DNA of 64,000 nucleotides, taken from NCBI GenBank assembly GCA_013239625.1, contig MU053304.1, positions 1,612,001-1,676,000 on the forward strand, in the 5' to 3' direction. Below, in pieces: positions 1-12,845 of the stretch (the stretch's first letter is position 1; each line of letters starts with the position of its first letter). The notes under the pieces were generated by a model. It worked only from the letters and a program-made list of their open reading frames with translations, made no database searches and was not told the DNA's origin. The position numbers were made by a program, and so were the translations under genes. The DNA is from Lama guanicoe. Taxonomy: Eukaryota.

Positions 1-149
1 GAGAAATGTTTACACCATAGAAATTGGCAATTGCTACACATCGGGGCTTCCTCCCTTGGGAGAACCAGTTGTAAAGCATTTACCAGCGTTAGTGATTAAG
101 GAACCTTAACTGTTTTCCTTCTGGACAAGGACAGAGGTTTTCTATTCCC

Positions 150-912
150 CACCAAACCCTGTTTCACCTCCCTGGAAGTCATCCTGCATACATCTGCTGC
201 CAGAGTGCCCCTTCTAAAACATGAATATGATCATGCCAACCCTCTGGCTGAAACTCTTCTAGAGTTCCCCATTCCTTCTAAGGCATCGACATAATAAAAC
301 ACCCCTTGATCTGGCCCTCCTTATCTGTCCCAGCCTATGTCTCACCTTGGGTTTCAGGCTGTCTCCATCCCAGCACCTGTATTTGTCTTGCACTGCCCAG
401 TGTCTTTGCGTTGGCTATTCCTTCTGCCTAAAATACTTGGCTAATTCCCAGCCATTTCACACAAGACTGTTAAGGCAAGGCATTTTGAGCTCACTTTACA
501 AGGCCAGGCTTGTTAGATGCCTCTTCCATGTGCCCTCTCAGGACCCTGTGTGTGAATCAGTTATAGCATGTGAGCCACTGTATGGAAACTGGTCTACTTC
601 CTGTGGACTTCCTGCTTACCCTACTTGGGGCTGTGACCTTCACTCTGTTCCTGGAGGACAGGGCTCTCTGTAGCCCTATCCCTGGCCCTTTCCTCATCTC
701 ACCATGTAGACTCTACACAGTCTTCCTGGGTGATCTCATCCATTCCTAAGACATCTTCCTTGGCTTCTTATCATCTGTGTGCTGATGATTCACCACTTAT
801 ATCTCCAGCCCAGATCTTTTGGCCTAATGAACATCTCTACCTGGATATGTCACCTCAATATCTTCTCCTCTAGCCTCCTCTTCCTGGGCTCTTGTGTCGG
901 TGAATGGCATCA
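150..912. mobile_element. Degraded L2 (LINE2) fragments
   Basis: L2-like phrases (ctgctgccagagtgcccttctaaaacatg, gatctcatccattc, gatgattccacc..atctccagcccagatc, gtgaatggcatcac); boundaries approximate. Confidence 0.55.
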
Positions 913-987
913 CAGGGGTTGGCAAACTCCAGCTAGCAGGCCAAATATGCCCACAGCTTGAGCTAAGAATGGTTTCTACATTTTTAA

Positions 988-1187
988 CGTAAATGTCCAT
1001 CGACAGATGAATGGATAAAGAAGATGTGATACAGTGGAATATTACTCAGCCACAAAATAGAATGAAATAATGCTATTTGCAGCAACAGGGATGGACCTAG
1101 AGATTATCATATTATGTGAAATTAGTCAGACAGAAAGACAAACATTATATGATGTTGATTATATGTGGAATCTAAAAAAGAAATATG

Positions 1188-1223
<36 letters not shown>

Positions 1224-1536
1224 TTTTACTTATAAACCACAAATAAACTCATGGACATAGAAAACAAACTGTGGTTACCGGGGGGAACAGGGGGTGGATA
1301 GATTCAGAATTTAGGATTAACAGATACACATTACTATATATAAAATAGATAAACAGCAATGACCTGCTGTATAGCACAGGAAATTATATTCAATTTCTTG
1401 TAATGAACTATAATGGAAAATAAACTGAAAATATGTATGTATATATGTATACGTATAACTGAATTGCTCTGCTGTACAACTAAAACTAACATTGTAAATC
1501 AACTACACTTCAATGAAAATAAGAATTAAAAAAAGA
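988..1536 (+). mobile_element. 5'-truncated L1 3' end
   Basis: aaatgtccatcgacagatgaatggataaagaagatgtg.. L1 ORF2 end/3' UTR and A-rich tail; 23-bp TSD at 965-987 and 1537-1559 (1 mismatch). Confidence 0.9.
1191..1220 (+). repeat. (AC)15 microsatellite inside the L1 3' UTR
   Basis: Uninterrupted AC run. Confidence 0.95.
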
Positions 1537-1571
1537 AAGAATGCTTTCTACATTTTTAAAAAGGAAAGAAC

Positions 1572-1715
1572 GGGGGAGGGTACAGCTCAAGTGGTAGAGT
1601 GCATGCCTAGCATGCACGAGGTCCTGGGTTCAATCCCTGGTACCTCCTCCAAAAATAAACAAACCCAATTACCTCACCCTCAAAAACAATTTAAACAAAC
1701 AAACAAATAAAAGTA
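1572..1715 (+). mobile_element. tRNA-Ala-derived camelid-type SINE (Vic-1-like)
   Basis: ggggagggtacagctcaagtggtagagtgcatgcctagcatgcacgaggtcctgggttcaatccc: A and B boxes, tRNA-Ala(AGC)-like head, A-rich tail. Confidence 0.9.
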
Positions 1716-1972
1716 AAGTACAATAACAAAAAAACCCCACAAAGAATATACAACAGAGACCATATATGGCCCACAAAGCCTACAATATTTCCCATTTGGC
1801 ACTTTACAGAAAAAGTTCACCAAACTACGGGCATCACCATTTGCAAAAGAATCTGGAAATCAATTATAGTATTAATCAATTCATATTAACAGTTTGCAAA
1901 AATTGAGTTCACCCTGTTGAGACACTGGGTGCCCTATACATTTCGCTTTACTTTTCTCATATCAACCTATAA

Positions 1973-2290
1973 CTGTTAGGATGCTTTTGGCTACACTGAA
2001 CAGAAAATTCCAACTAACTGTCTGGAATGGAGTCTAGAGAATGGGGAAGGCTCAGGCACAGTATGATCAGTGGTTCAATTATGTCATCAGGGACCTAGGT
2101 TTTCCCATGGTCCTGCTTTCCCAAGCTCAGGCAGTACTGGCTTCAGCTGAAGGCCGGTTCCCGTATGGTCACAAGTCAGCTGTCAGAGGTGATCGGGGCT
2201 ATAGGCGCTCACGTCAACACCTGCTGAGAGAGATGGAATATGAGGAATTCCTGCCCATGTTTCTGAACCAATTAGGACACGTGCCTACAC
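1973..2290. mobile_element. Old MaLR LTR (MLT1-like) fragment
   Basis: gttaggatgcttttggct..acagaaaa..ccaact..; cagtggttcaattatgtcatcagggacctagg resemble MLT1K/L. Confidence 0.5.
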
Positions 2291-4554
2291 CACTGTGTGC
2301 TGTACAGTTTTCTCTCTTACTCCTAATCCAAACAGTAAGCAGGTCTTCAAAAATATTTTAACCTCCTAAATATCTCTCAAATGTGTTTATCTTCTCTATA
2401 ACTACATCCTCCAGTCTGTAAGATCCTGGAAAGCAAGGACAAGTGTTTTCTGCATGTCCAGCACCTGCTGCTAAAGATAATTAGATAAATGAATAAAGAA
2501 ACTGTATTCACATTCTGGGTTTTCATGTTCTATTTGAGGAAAGTGAGATTCAGGCAGTGAGTTTCACTGGCCAAAGTTGCACAGCTACCATGATTCAAAT
2601 TCAGGTCTGTCTGACACAAAAGTTCATGTTATTTCAATTGTACCAGCTCCTTTCTCCTGTTTTGTCATCTTCTTCCTTTCCATTAGCTCCGTCCTCCTAG
2701 CCTTCAACCTGCTCAAACCTCCTCCCCTTTCCAACAACTACAACAATCCTTTGATCATTCTTTCCCTATCTTTGTAAGCAAATTTCTTGGAGAAACCAGC
2801 CATCTTCCTTGCCTTTTGTTTCCTCATCTTTCATTCACACACATCATGTAACTGAATCTATCTTTCAAATACCAGGATCCTCCCAGCCTCCATGTCTTAA
2901 GGGCACACCTATCTTTATTTTACCATACGGCCACTCAACTTCACCTGCGTCCAAAAGTACACTGTTCCTATGAAACCTTTCCTAAACCAGAATTCTGTAA
3001 AGTGAAGAAGCATGAGCTCAGAACACACCTTGCTAAGGGCTGCACAGAATAAACTGAGATCAAGTACAGATGCTCAGGGACACAGTTCAAAGCTCTGGCG
3101 ACTTGATGCTGAGATGCTGTGTGGTTCCCAGGGAAGGAGCTTGGTGGCGCCGCTCTTGCTGCGGGGCGTGCAAGCTGCCTCGGCAAGGGGTCCCTGCAAA
3201 ATAGTGCCCCACCGCTATGGACTTACACCTTTTTTTTCACAAAAGCGAAAATCTTCAGATCTTTCAGTTGGTGAAAACAAGTACCTATGTAGGTCTTTCA
3301 TAAAAGTGAAGTGGAGTAAAGAGAACTTTTGAAAAGCGGGAGGCCACCTGTGCTCTGCAGCATTTGGCTCTTTCCCCGTTTTCCTCCTCTTCCCAGAAGG
3401 TTCCCAGATTTCCAAGGCTAAGTTCTCTGTGGTTCCTTGCCTTGTAATGTCTCCCAGCATTTGCACAGGATGGTCTCAGATCCCTTCTTCATATCCCAGT
3501 AAGGCCTTCTATGGCCCAAATGCCACCCAAGCCTCCTGGTACTCACTGGAGGGTTTTATTTGTTCGGCATGGAGCCCACTGGACTATAACCATTCATCTT
3601 TTGTTACCTTCACTAGCCTCCAAAGCAATCTCCAAGTCTTAGAGACTTTTTTTTTTTTAACCTGCAGAGTGCCCATGGTGAAAGGCATACAACTGAAATT
3701 GGTAAGTTATTGAACTTACTGAACAAATTAAAACATGAATTTATCCAACTGGCACCCAACCAACAAATGACAGAAATCAAATCAAGAAAGGTGATTTTTT
3801 TCAGATTGTATTGAGAATGACACTACATTGTCTAGGTATTGGAACTCATCAAATGTCAGGTATAAGCTACATAAATCTCTACTTTGGAAGATACAAAATT
3901 TTATTTATGTAAATAATATTGATATTTTAATTGATATTTATAGAGTTGTAGTAGTAAACATTTTGGATTCACCTTACATTAATTTACTTCTATTTGAATA
4001 TATCTTTATAGGTATACTCATTATGCATCTATGTATTTATTTATTTTAATTTAAACATCAAAAAATAAATACCAAGCAATCAAATCAGCTGAGTAATCCT
4101 TATTATGAAATTACTACAAAAGCACTTTTCTGTGAATGAGCAGGCTATTTTCTGTTAAGTGAAATTTAGTATTGTAACCCTATTTAATCATATTGAATAC
4201 ATTTAAAAATTAAGACTATAATTCAGCCACATCTGATTTTACAGCAGACAAGGGGTTGAAAATGGGGGCTAAATTATCTCTTCCAGCTTTTCTCGTTTTT
4301 TGAAATGCTAAGTAAAGGCAGGTGCTGGGGAAATCAATGTGATAAGAGTGAAGTGTTATTTATTCTTATTTATTTTTAAAATTTATTTTATCTTTTTTTT
4401 TTTGCTATTTATTTATTTATTTCATGTAGTGTTATTTAAATGGCCATAAAAGAGAAAAATATATTAAACTCCACAAAGGGCTAAATACTTTGCTGGTTGG
4501 GCTTCAGACTATCTCCAGTCAAACTGGCAGGCAAATTTAAAAAAGAGTGGGTGA

Positions 4555-5770
4555 TGCTCAATATCACTAATTATCAGAGAAATGCAAATCAAAACTACAA
4601 TGAGGTATCACCTCACACCAGTCAGAATGGCCATCATTCAAAAGTCCACAGATGACAAATGCTGGAGAGGCTGTGGAGAAAAGAGAACCCTCCTACACTG
4701 CTGGTGGGAATGCAGTTTGGTGCAGCCACTGTGGAAAACAGTATGGAATTCCTCAAAAGACTAGGAATAGACTTACTATATGACCCAGTCATCCCACTCC
4801 TGGCATATATCCAGAAGGAATCCTACTTCAAAAAGACACTTGCACTGCAATGTTCATAGCAGCACTATTTACAATAGCCAAGACATGGAAACAGCCTAAA
4901 TGTCCATCAACAGATGACTGGATAAAGAAGATGTGGCATATTTATACAGTGGAATACTATTCAACCATAAAAAATGATACCATAAAGCCATTTGCAGCAA
5001 CATGGATGTTCCTAGAGAATGTCATTCTAAGTGAAGTAAGCCAGAAAGAGAAAAAAAAAAATACCATATGAGATTGCTCATATGTGGAATCTATTAAAAA
5101 AACCAAACAAAAACATAAATACAAAACAGAAACAGACACATAGACATAGAATACAAACTTGTGGTCGCCAAGGGGGTGGGGGGTGGGAAGGGACAGACTG
5201 GGAGTTTGAAGTTTGTAGATACTGACAGGTATATGTAGAATAGATACACAAGATTATACTGTATAGCACAGGGAAATATATACAAGAGCTTGTGGTAACT
5301 CACAGTGAAAAAAATGTGACAATGAATATATGTATGTTCATGTATAAGTGAAAAATTGTGCTCTACACTGGAATTTGATACAACATTGTAAAATGACTAT
5401 AACTCAATAAAAAAAAGTTAAAAAAAATAAACAAAACAAAACAAAGACAAATGAACATAAATACAAAACAGAAACAGACTCATAGACATAGAATACAAAC
5501 TTGTGGTTGCCAGTGGGGAAGGGGGTGGGAAGGGACAGACTGGGAGTTTGAAGTTTGTAGATACTGACAGGTATATGTAGAATAGATAAACAAGATTATA
5601 CTGTATAGCACAAGGAAATACATACAAGATCTTGTGGTAGCTCACTGAAAAAGTACGTGACAATGAATATATATATGTTCATGTATAACTGAAAAGTTGT
5701 GTTCTACACTGGAAATTGACATAACATTGTAAACTGACTATAACTCAAAAAAATTTAAAAAAAAATTAAA
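4555..5770 (+). mobile_element. 5'-truncated lineage-specific L1: ORF2 C-terminus plus tandemly duplicated 3' UTR
   Basis: Frame-shifted ORF2 peptides [35 protein letters not shown] and MFIAALFTIAKTWKQPKCPSTDDWIKKMW; two 3' UTR copies (~5112-5411, ~5454-5748); imperfect flanking TSD at 4533-4554 and 5772-5791. Confidence 0.92.
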
Positions 5771-6504
5771 AAAATTTAAAAAGGAGGGTGACTTACTGCC
5801 ACAGAATTTTAAAATTGGGAAACACTGCAGTTAAACAGGTCTACCAGGAAACAGATTATAAGTGGCCTTACTTCTTCAAGTTACCCTATAATTTTATTTC
5901 CATTTAACTGCTAAGAATTGTATAAACACATTTCTTTATAAATAAAGTAAGCTTTCTGTAACAAAAAAAAGAAAGAAAACCTAAAAAATAATAAATGACC
6001 TGAGATTGGAGTGGGGAGAAAATATTTAGAGGCTTATTTAATCTGGGAGAGGAGTCCATCTTTTCAAAATTAAAACTTCAGTGATGTTGATGAGTTCTTA
6101 CACTGTGTGCATACATAAATATCGTGCTAGATTTACTACTAATTACAGTGGATATATTTCTAAAGAAAAAAATTAAAGCATGGAGACCAAAATGACTAAA
6201 GTTTATTCTGACACCAAAAGTGTATTTCCTTTCCCCACCCTGGCTCCCCAGACATAAAGTGAAAGAATTGAAATATGTTCTCCATTAAGGAGACCATCTA
6301 AGTTTCAATTGTTTTTTCACTAGGAAGTTTCAAAACCTGCCAATTAGGATGTCCCCATCTCCCACGGACTACCAAAAAAAAGCTGAGTCAGCTTTCCTGA
6401 AGTATGTTCTCATTTATTTGACTTATTAACAAAGGCCACACCTCTTCCCAAACACTTAGCTGGCAAAACTTCCCTCATTATTTTCTTACTGATACTAATT
6501 TTTT

Positions 6505-6643
6505 TTAACTTAAAAAAAATTGGTTTTTTGAGGGGGGTAATTAGGTTTATTTATTTATAGAGGAGGTACTGGGGATTGAACCCAGGATCTCGTGCATGCT
6601 AAGCATGCACTCTGCCACTTGAGCTATACCTTCCCCTGCCCCA
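6505..6643 (-). mobile_element. tRNA-Ala-derived camelid-type SINE
   Basis: Reverse complement of the SINE head; 14-bp TSD GATACTAATTTTTT at 6491-6504 and 6644-6657. Confidence 0.92.
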
Positions 6644-7106
6644 GATACTAATTTTTTGAAGAAAACATTTAAAAATATTAAAAAGGCTTTATAGTTTTTG
6701 TAACAATGATATGGCTGATAGTAAACAGTTCAAACTAAAGAGCATGATGAGAAAGTTAAAAAAAAAACAAAAACCCAAATCTAAAATCTAAAATCCCATT
6801 TCCAGGCATTAAAGAGTATTCTTATAGACATTCTTCAAACATTTCTCAGACTTCATATATATTTATAGATTGTGTGTGTATATGTGTGTGAGGAGTGTGT
6901 GTATTAGTTTTACATTAATCGGATAATAACACGTCCATTTGTAATCTTTTATGTCATAGATATCTATTCATGGGAATACCCAGTTCATGTGTCATTTCAA
7001 ATTTGTGTAATTATCTCCTGAGGACAGATTCCCTGAGGTGGGATGCCAGGGCAAAGAACATGCATATGTTAACGAAGTATTGCTGAACTGCTTTTGGGAA
7101 GCATTT

Positions 7107-7551
7107 CAGTCAGGATTAGGTTTAGCTGAATGCGACAGAACTCCCAAGAGGTGGCTTACACATGGCAGTTTAAGTAAGAGAGGAAGCAGTCCATGACCCA
7201 AGGGACGAGGAATCTTTGAGTTTTGGTATTCCATCATCTTTAGAACTTGGCTTTTCCGCATGGAGCAGGATAGCTGCTCAAGTCTGAGCCATCAAAAATG
7301 TATTCCACACAGCAGGAAGGAGGAAGGGAAAGAAAGGGTCCAACTTCCAAGGACTCTTTTACGAAGTCACGTTCACCACTTTTGCCAACATGCTACTGGC
7401 CAGAATTTGGCCATGTGGCTACATCTAGCTGCAGAGGAGACTGAGAAATGTCTTTTTTTCCTGTGTAACTATGTTCAGCTAAAAATAAGGTAATTGTTTA
7501 TTAAGGACAAGGGAAAATAGATGCCAGGGACAACTAATGATTTCTGCCACA
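7107..7551. mobile_element. MLT1 (MaLR) LTR
   Basis: cagtcaggattaggtttagctg.., ggccagaatttggccatgtggctacatctagctgcagaggagactgagaaatgt, end ..tctgccaca. Confidence 0.65.
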
Positions 7552-7789
7552 GGAAGTGTGCACTAATTTACATTCCTCTCAGCATCACAGAGGAGGAGCC
7601 ATTTCCCATGCCTTTACCAACATTGTTCTGTCAAGACTGTTTCCACAGCAAGTGCATTTCATTACTTAAAAGGAAAAATAGTTAACCTATCTTCAAATAA
7701 CCTCTGTAGTTTATGCCACTAATAAGAGTTAACGTATATTTTTTTTCCCTCAAAAGTAAAAAGAAGATGCAAATGTGGGGACACAAGTA

Positions 7790-8760
7790 TTCCTCCGCCC
7801 TGACCTGTGCTTCAGGGTTAAAGCTCTGTCCTTAGCTGACTTCTCTCCTCCAAGTAATCTCATCCACAGCTTTAAATGTTGCTGAGTCAAAATCTGTATT
7901 TGCACTCCTGATCTCCAAAGTCCTGCTAAATCAGCCAGATGCTTACTGGGTAATCCACAGGCACCTCACAATCAACTATAAAAAAAAAAAAAATTGATCT
8001 CAGCGTCTTCTCTTACAAACTTCTTACAAACCTTCCTGCATTCCTTACTTTGGTGGCACTAATTGAGTCATCCTAGACTCTTATCCATCATCACAAAACA
8101 CTGACTCCATGACAAAACTATATCAATTTCACTTCCTTAACAACTCTTGACATTCCCTTCATCTCCACTGTGTTATTGAGGATCGAGACAAAAATCCCTT
8201 AAGAGGGCTTTCCACCTTTACACTCGAACCAGGCTAGATCCAACATGGCAGCCAAAGGTCTCTTACTGAGATACTAATACAAATATGGTTTTTAAATTTT
8301 CACGTAAAATCCGTCGAAGGTTCTCCAAGGCTAGAATCCTTGTTGTGGCATACAAGGCCCCCCAGATAGTGACCTCCCTCAGCATCACTTCATGCTAAAC
8401 CCCCGACTGCATGCCACATTTCAACACAGCACTTGTAGTTTCATAACCATAGTATCACAACTCAGTGACTTTGCTAAAATGCATCCCTCCTGCCTAGAGT
8501 TCTTTCCCTGGAAACTATCTATTCCATTTTTCAAAGATTCAAATGCCATAGTCACATCTTGAAGAAAACCCTTCCTAAGACATGACTCCCTACCTTGTGG
8601 GCCACTTCCTATCTTTGTGCCATTTTTGAGCTCTGTTCTTGTTTCCAAAACACTATAGCAAATAGGATTATTATTTCTTAATCCAGCAAATATTTACTGA
8701 ATCCCCACCATGTGCTCAGTATTGTGCTAAGAGCTGGATTCAAGACCGCGTGCCAGCTGA
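7790..8760. mobile_element. L2 fragments
   Basis: gtaatctcatccac, caggcacctcac, gagtcatcctagactc, tggcatacaaggccc, cagcaaatatttactga..tgtgctcagtattgtgctaag. Confidence 0.55.
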
Positions 8761-10338
8761 ACACAGGCTCTTGCAGCCTTGAATCTATACAGCTTATGTT
8801 CATAAAAGCTAGTTTCCACTCACCATTTCTTGTTTGCTCAAAAAGAAATTTTCTTTTCCCCCATCAATCTCAATGAGACGCACAGAAATTGATGTTGCCC
8901 ATTGGTGATCATGTCAAGAGAGATTTTCTTCAGTGTCTTGTTGCTTATTCAAAAGTTCATTTATTTTTGCTTTGATGACTCCATGCTGTTGGCTGCCACT
9001 ATCCAGAGTCATGGGGATACTTAAAGTGAAAAAGTCGGGGGATAACCTACATTTGACCTGTCATTTCTCAAGCTCTTTCCTCAAACTTACTCTTGAAAAA
9101 GGCCAGGTTAAGGGGATTCCTGGCAGAGATGAAGGCAGAACTGAGAACAGGATGAATTACTAAGCAAAGATGAGGAAAGGGCATTCCAGGTGGAGGTAGT
9201 GTCATCGAAGACTGGAGGGCACTGGTGACACTGGGTGAGTTGAAGAGATGATAGTCCCCCATAAATCAGGTTGCAGAGGCTTAGCTCTCAGACACCTTGG
9301 ACACTGCAAAGCATGGACACCTAGCTGTGCCCCCCGGGTCATACATGCCCAATGGAAGCGCAGTTCCAAGGCTTCGGGTACCTGCCTCTGCTTCCCTACT
9401 TCCCCCAAGGGCTGCACTGATCAATTTCTACTTCTCCTTCCTTTTAATCTCAGTTTCCAGTTTCCTCTTTTACTGTCTATCCCAAGCAACAATAACCTTG
9501 AACTGAAAAAATCTTAAGGATAGAGAAGATATACAGAAGGAAATCCAGGTACACTAAATTTTGCACACACACAAAAAGAAATCCAAATTAAAGAGAAATG
9601 TATAATTTAGAGCAGAGTATAAGAGTGCATTCAAGGTAGATCAGAAAGGTTTGGTGTATTACTCATGACTGCTGGTCTCAAGAGACAGAAATTCAATCTT
9701 GAGTAGTTTAAGTAAAAATGTTGTCACATTGGGTTATGCAGCTTGGAAAGACAGTGGTGTGGCTAGCCTTGGGCTCGACATGATCCAGGGATGTAAATGA
9801 CAGCATCAGACTGTCTCTTTGTCAAATAGTAGCTCTTTCTCTTTCCTTCTGTTTCTGCTCCTCTCTCTCATTGGCCTCATTATCATCTCCTGCAGATGGG
9901 GGAGCCTGGCAGCTAGGAACTCCAAGCCTACATCATCCAGCTTGAGGATCTTCAAAGAAATGAGAAACTAACTCTCTTTACAAGAGGGTGAAGCGTCCCA
10001 GGGAATGGCTGTCTTGCTCCAATCTGTGTCACTACCCACACCTGTCCTGGAGGCAGGCCAGTTAACGACTGGCCAGGCCTAGATCATGTGTCCATCCTTG
10101 TGCTCAGACCCCAGTGAATCCCCTCAAAGGACTGGAGGTGGAAGGAGTGGAGAGGGGCAGCACCTGAAATAAATTCTGGGCAGAAACAAAATTGTCAGTT
10201 TGGTTGGAACAAAGATTTGTGTCAGAGAGTACGAGGAGACAAGTGAAGCAGGAAATGGGGCCCGATTGTATAGATCAATATCCTGGAAGTGAAATGGAGC
10301 ACCAAATATTTCGCAGGGTCCATACACGTGTGTGCGTA

Positions 10339-11095
10339 CAGCTGATTCTTGTTGCTCACAGTAGTTAGGTTCCTAAAGTCGCCATCAATGCTGAATTAGC
10401 AAATACTGAATCATCAACCTCCAGGAAACAGAGGGGTAGATTCCTGTGGGCCACTGGTTGCATTTTCAACTGATCAATATATGTATTGTTTTGTGTATGT
10501 CTTTGTATATATTTGGGGTTTTTTTTTTTTTTTTTTGGTGGGGGCAGTAATTAGGTTTATTTATTTATTTATTTTTAGAGGCGGTACTGGGGACTGAACC
10601 CAGGACCTGGTGCACAGGACCTCATGCATACTAAGCCGGCGCTCTACTGCTTGAGCTATACCCTCCCCCCGACACATACTGGTGATTCATTAACAGTGAA
10701 CTTACTGCAATAGCACTATCACTCACGCTGGAACGAAGCTTATCTAACACATATATTTTCTCCGCAAGTCACAGCCTTCTTGTGCTTAGGAAAACTAGAC
10801 AGCATGTCAGCACTATGCTTGGGGGCCATCTTAACCAACAAAGTCACCAACAAAAAGCCTGTGGTGCTAAAGAACACTTGTTTACAGGATGAGCTGAAAC
10901 AAGGAGACAGAGCATCACCTTGATGGACCTCAGCTGGGAACATGCCAGTGGGTGGACTCAGTTTTTCCTCTGCTCTGCACATGTCTAGGAATGGCTATGA
11001 AAGAATCAGGAGTATACTGAGTTGGTGTTACTGATGAATCTTAGCGAGCAGGCAAATTCACAAGTGTGGAATTTGTTGCTCATGAATATTGACGG
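10339..11095. mobile_element. MER82-like Tigger (TcMar) non-autonomous DNA transposon, interrupted by a SINE
   Basis: TA|cagctgattcttgtt..aaagtcgcc..gctgaattagcaaatactgaa; minus-strand transposase N-terminal remnant MAPKHSADMLSSFPKHKKAV within ORF 10740..10982. Confidence 0.8.
10516..10670 (-). mobile_element. tRNA-Ala-derived camelid-type SINE with an internal 14-bp duplication
   Basis: gtaattaggtttatttattt..ggtactggggactgaacccaggacc..ttgagctataccctcccc. Confidence 0.9.
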
Positions 11096-11514
11096 TGTGT
11101 TTTGGAAGATACATCCAGCAGAGGTGGGCAGGATGAAGGAGGCGCCAGGTGTGGACACTGGACAGAAAAGCAGCAGCACTGGTGGGAGGGACTGAAGGAG
11201 CGACAGGGAGGGAGTGAGGGATGAACACTCAAGTCCAAAGGAACGGAGGACGGGACATGACATCCAACGGGACAGAAATGAAGAGGACTAAGTAAAGGAG
11301 GGAGAAGCCACCAGCTTAAGCCTAGGAAAATGCAAAACCAAGGAAGGGAATCTGATTTTGAGGGGCAAGACGACAAATTCTGAAAGGAGGCTTTAGTCCT
11401 TTCAGATGCCATGTGCTCTTCACACAGGGTTTTTTTAAGTTACATTTAACTGGCTTAAAAAGTAGTGAGTACTGTTGTACTACTAAATCTCTCCACTTCA
11501 ATCAAAACTTCATT

Positions 11515-11730
11515 AATAATAATACTAAATACAGCACCTATAATGTGCCAGGCACTGTCTTTGGTTCTTTGTATTTATTAGCTTGCTTCCCCCGGCCTAT
11601 GAGGTATCATTAATGGACCCATTTTTCAGTTGAACAAATGGAGGCAAAGGGTAATAACTTGCCTGCAGTCCAACAACTAGAAAATGGCAGAGTCGGTTTA
11701 TAGATTCCATGTGCTTAACCACCATGTCAA
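11515..11730. mobile_element. MIR SINE
   Basis: agcacctataatgtgccaggcactgt..cctatgaggtatcatt..cccatttttcag..gaggca..taacttgcc..gtgcttaaccacca. Confidence 0.75.
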
Positions 11731-12845
11731 ACTCATCGTACTATTTATTATTCGCAAACTCTCCTTGACCCCACTGCTGTCTTCCTGCCTCTTTCTGCCC
11801 CATCCCAACAATTCCCACCACTCCCCCTCCACTCAGTTTATGGCGCTGCCAAAATTGTTCGCTGCTTCTCATCTAAAATAGAACAGTAAAAAATATGTTC
11901 ACCCTTATTTGATTATTTTTCTTCTTAAAAAACAATGATTTTTAGCTGTCTAAACCCATTTCAAACTACAGCTCATAAATCTCCAAAGCTCTATTTTAAA
12001 GTTTCTTTTCTGAATAATCCAAATTCTCCATTTTATTACACTTAAAAATATGAGTTTTGCTAGTCTTTAGAAGAAATTCAGTTTTCTCTTTTATAATTAA
12101 AATAGTAACATAATCTAGGACTTTTAGGTACTAATAAACGAATTCTTTTTGCTTTAAGCAACTCATGTGATAACCTCGTGTTTAAAAAAGTGATACTATC
12201 ATCCTAGTTGGAATATTGTAATAAAACCACTGGAAAATCATAAATGGGACTGTTAAGTAAATACAAGCATTTTTATGGCGAAATGTAAACTTGCTTAGAA
12301 CATCGACACAAATACCTCCTTTGTTTTTGCTAGCTTCATTTTTGATTGCACTTCGATTCCTCAAACATAGCTGGTCTCTAGCATGTGGAAGAGGTAGTTT
12401 TTGAGAAAAGAGGGTGGGAAGAACTTAATTCAGAAAACACACACTACTCTGCATCCGGCATCTTTATTCAACACATACAACCGCATGCAGTTCTTATGAG
12501 CAGATCGTGGGAGTGGTCCACATCAGTATTTTGTCCAGGTCCAAGCACACAGCCCACAGTGCGCCAGCAAAGCTGCCAATGGACCAAGGCTCCTGCATGC
12601 TATACATACCTACTTGCCTGCTATTTCATTTTTTTAATTTAATTTTTGTCTTATAATAATAACCAGCTGACTTTGCCTTGCGCACCCTTATTCACGTTAG
12701 AGACACTGAGCTTCAAAATGCCGGTCTCGCCCACGGCTGCCGTCTCTGGGGCTGACCCTCCTCGAGTGCACTTCGCTCTACAGGTGACAGCAACTTGCCA
12801 CACCTGCCACTGTTGATTGGACCAAGGTGGCCGTCTGACCTGGAC

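Larger units (their letters stand above)
913..1829 (+). mobile_element. MER58-type hAT-Charlie MITE, split by L1 and SINE insertions
   Basis: 5' end caggggttggcaaact..ggccaaat..gagctaagaatggtttctacatttttaa; 3' end cagagaccatatatggcccacaaagcct..ctttacagaaaaagtt; flanked by GGCATCA at 906-912 and 1830-1836 (TSD-like). Confidence 0.8.

Noticed and set aside
1572..1650. tRNA-Ala gene (also the similar heads at 6.6, 10.6, 23.6, 37.7, 41.9 and 47.3 kb)
   Set aside because: Altered acceptor stem, A-rich tails and TSDs show these are SINE retrocopies rather than tRNA genes.
3136..3155. CTCF-like GCTTGGTGGCGCC
   Set aside because: The 5' half of the consensus is missing.
4582..5071. Functional L1 ORF2 coding region
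   Set aside because: Only the C-terminus is present and it is frameshifted across three frames; this is a dead copy.
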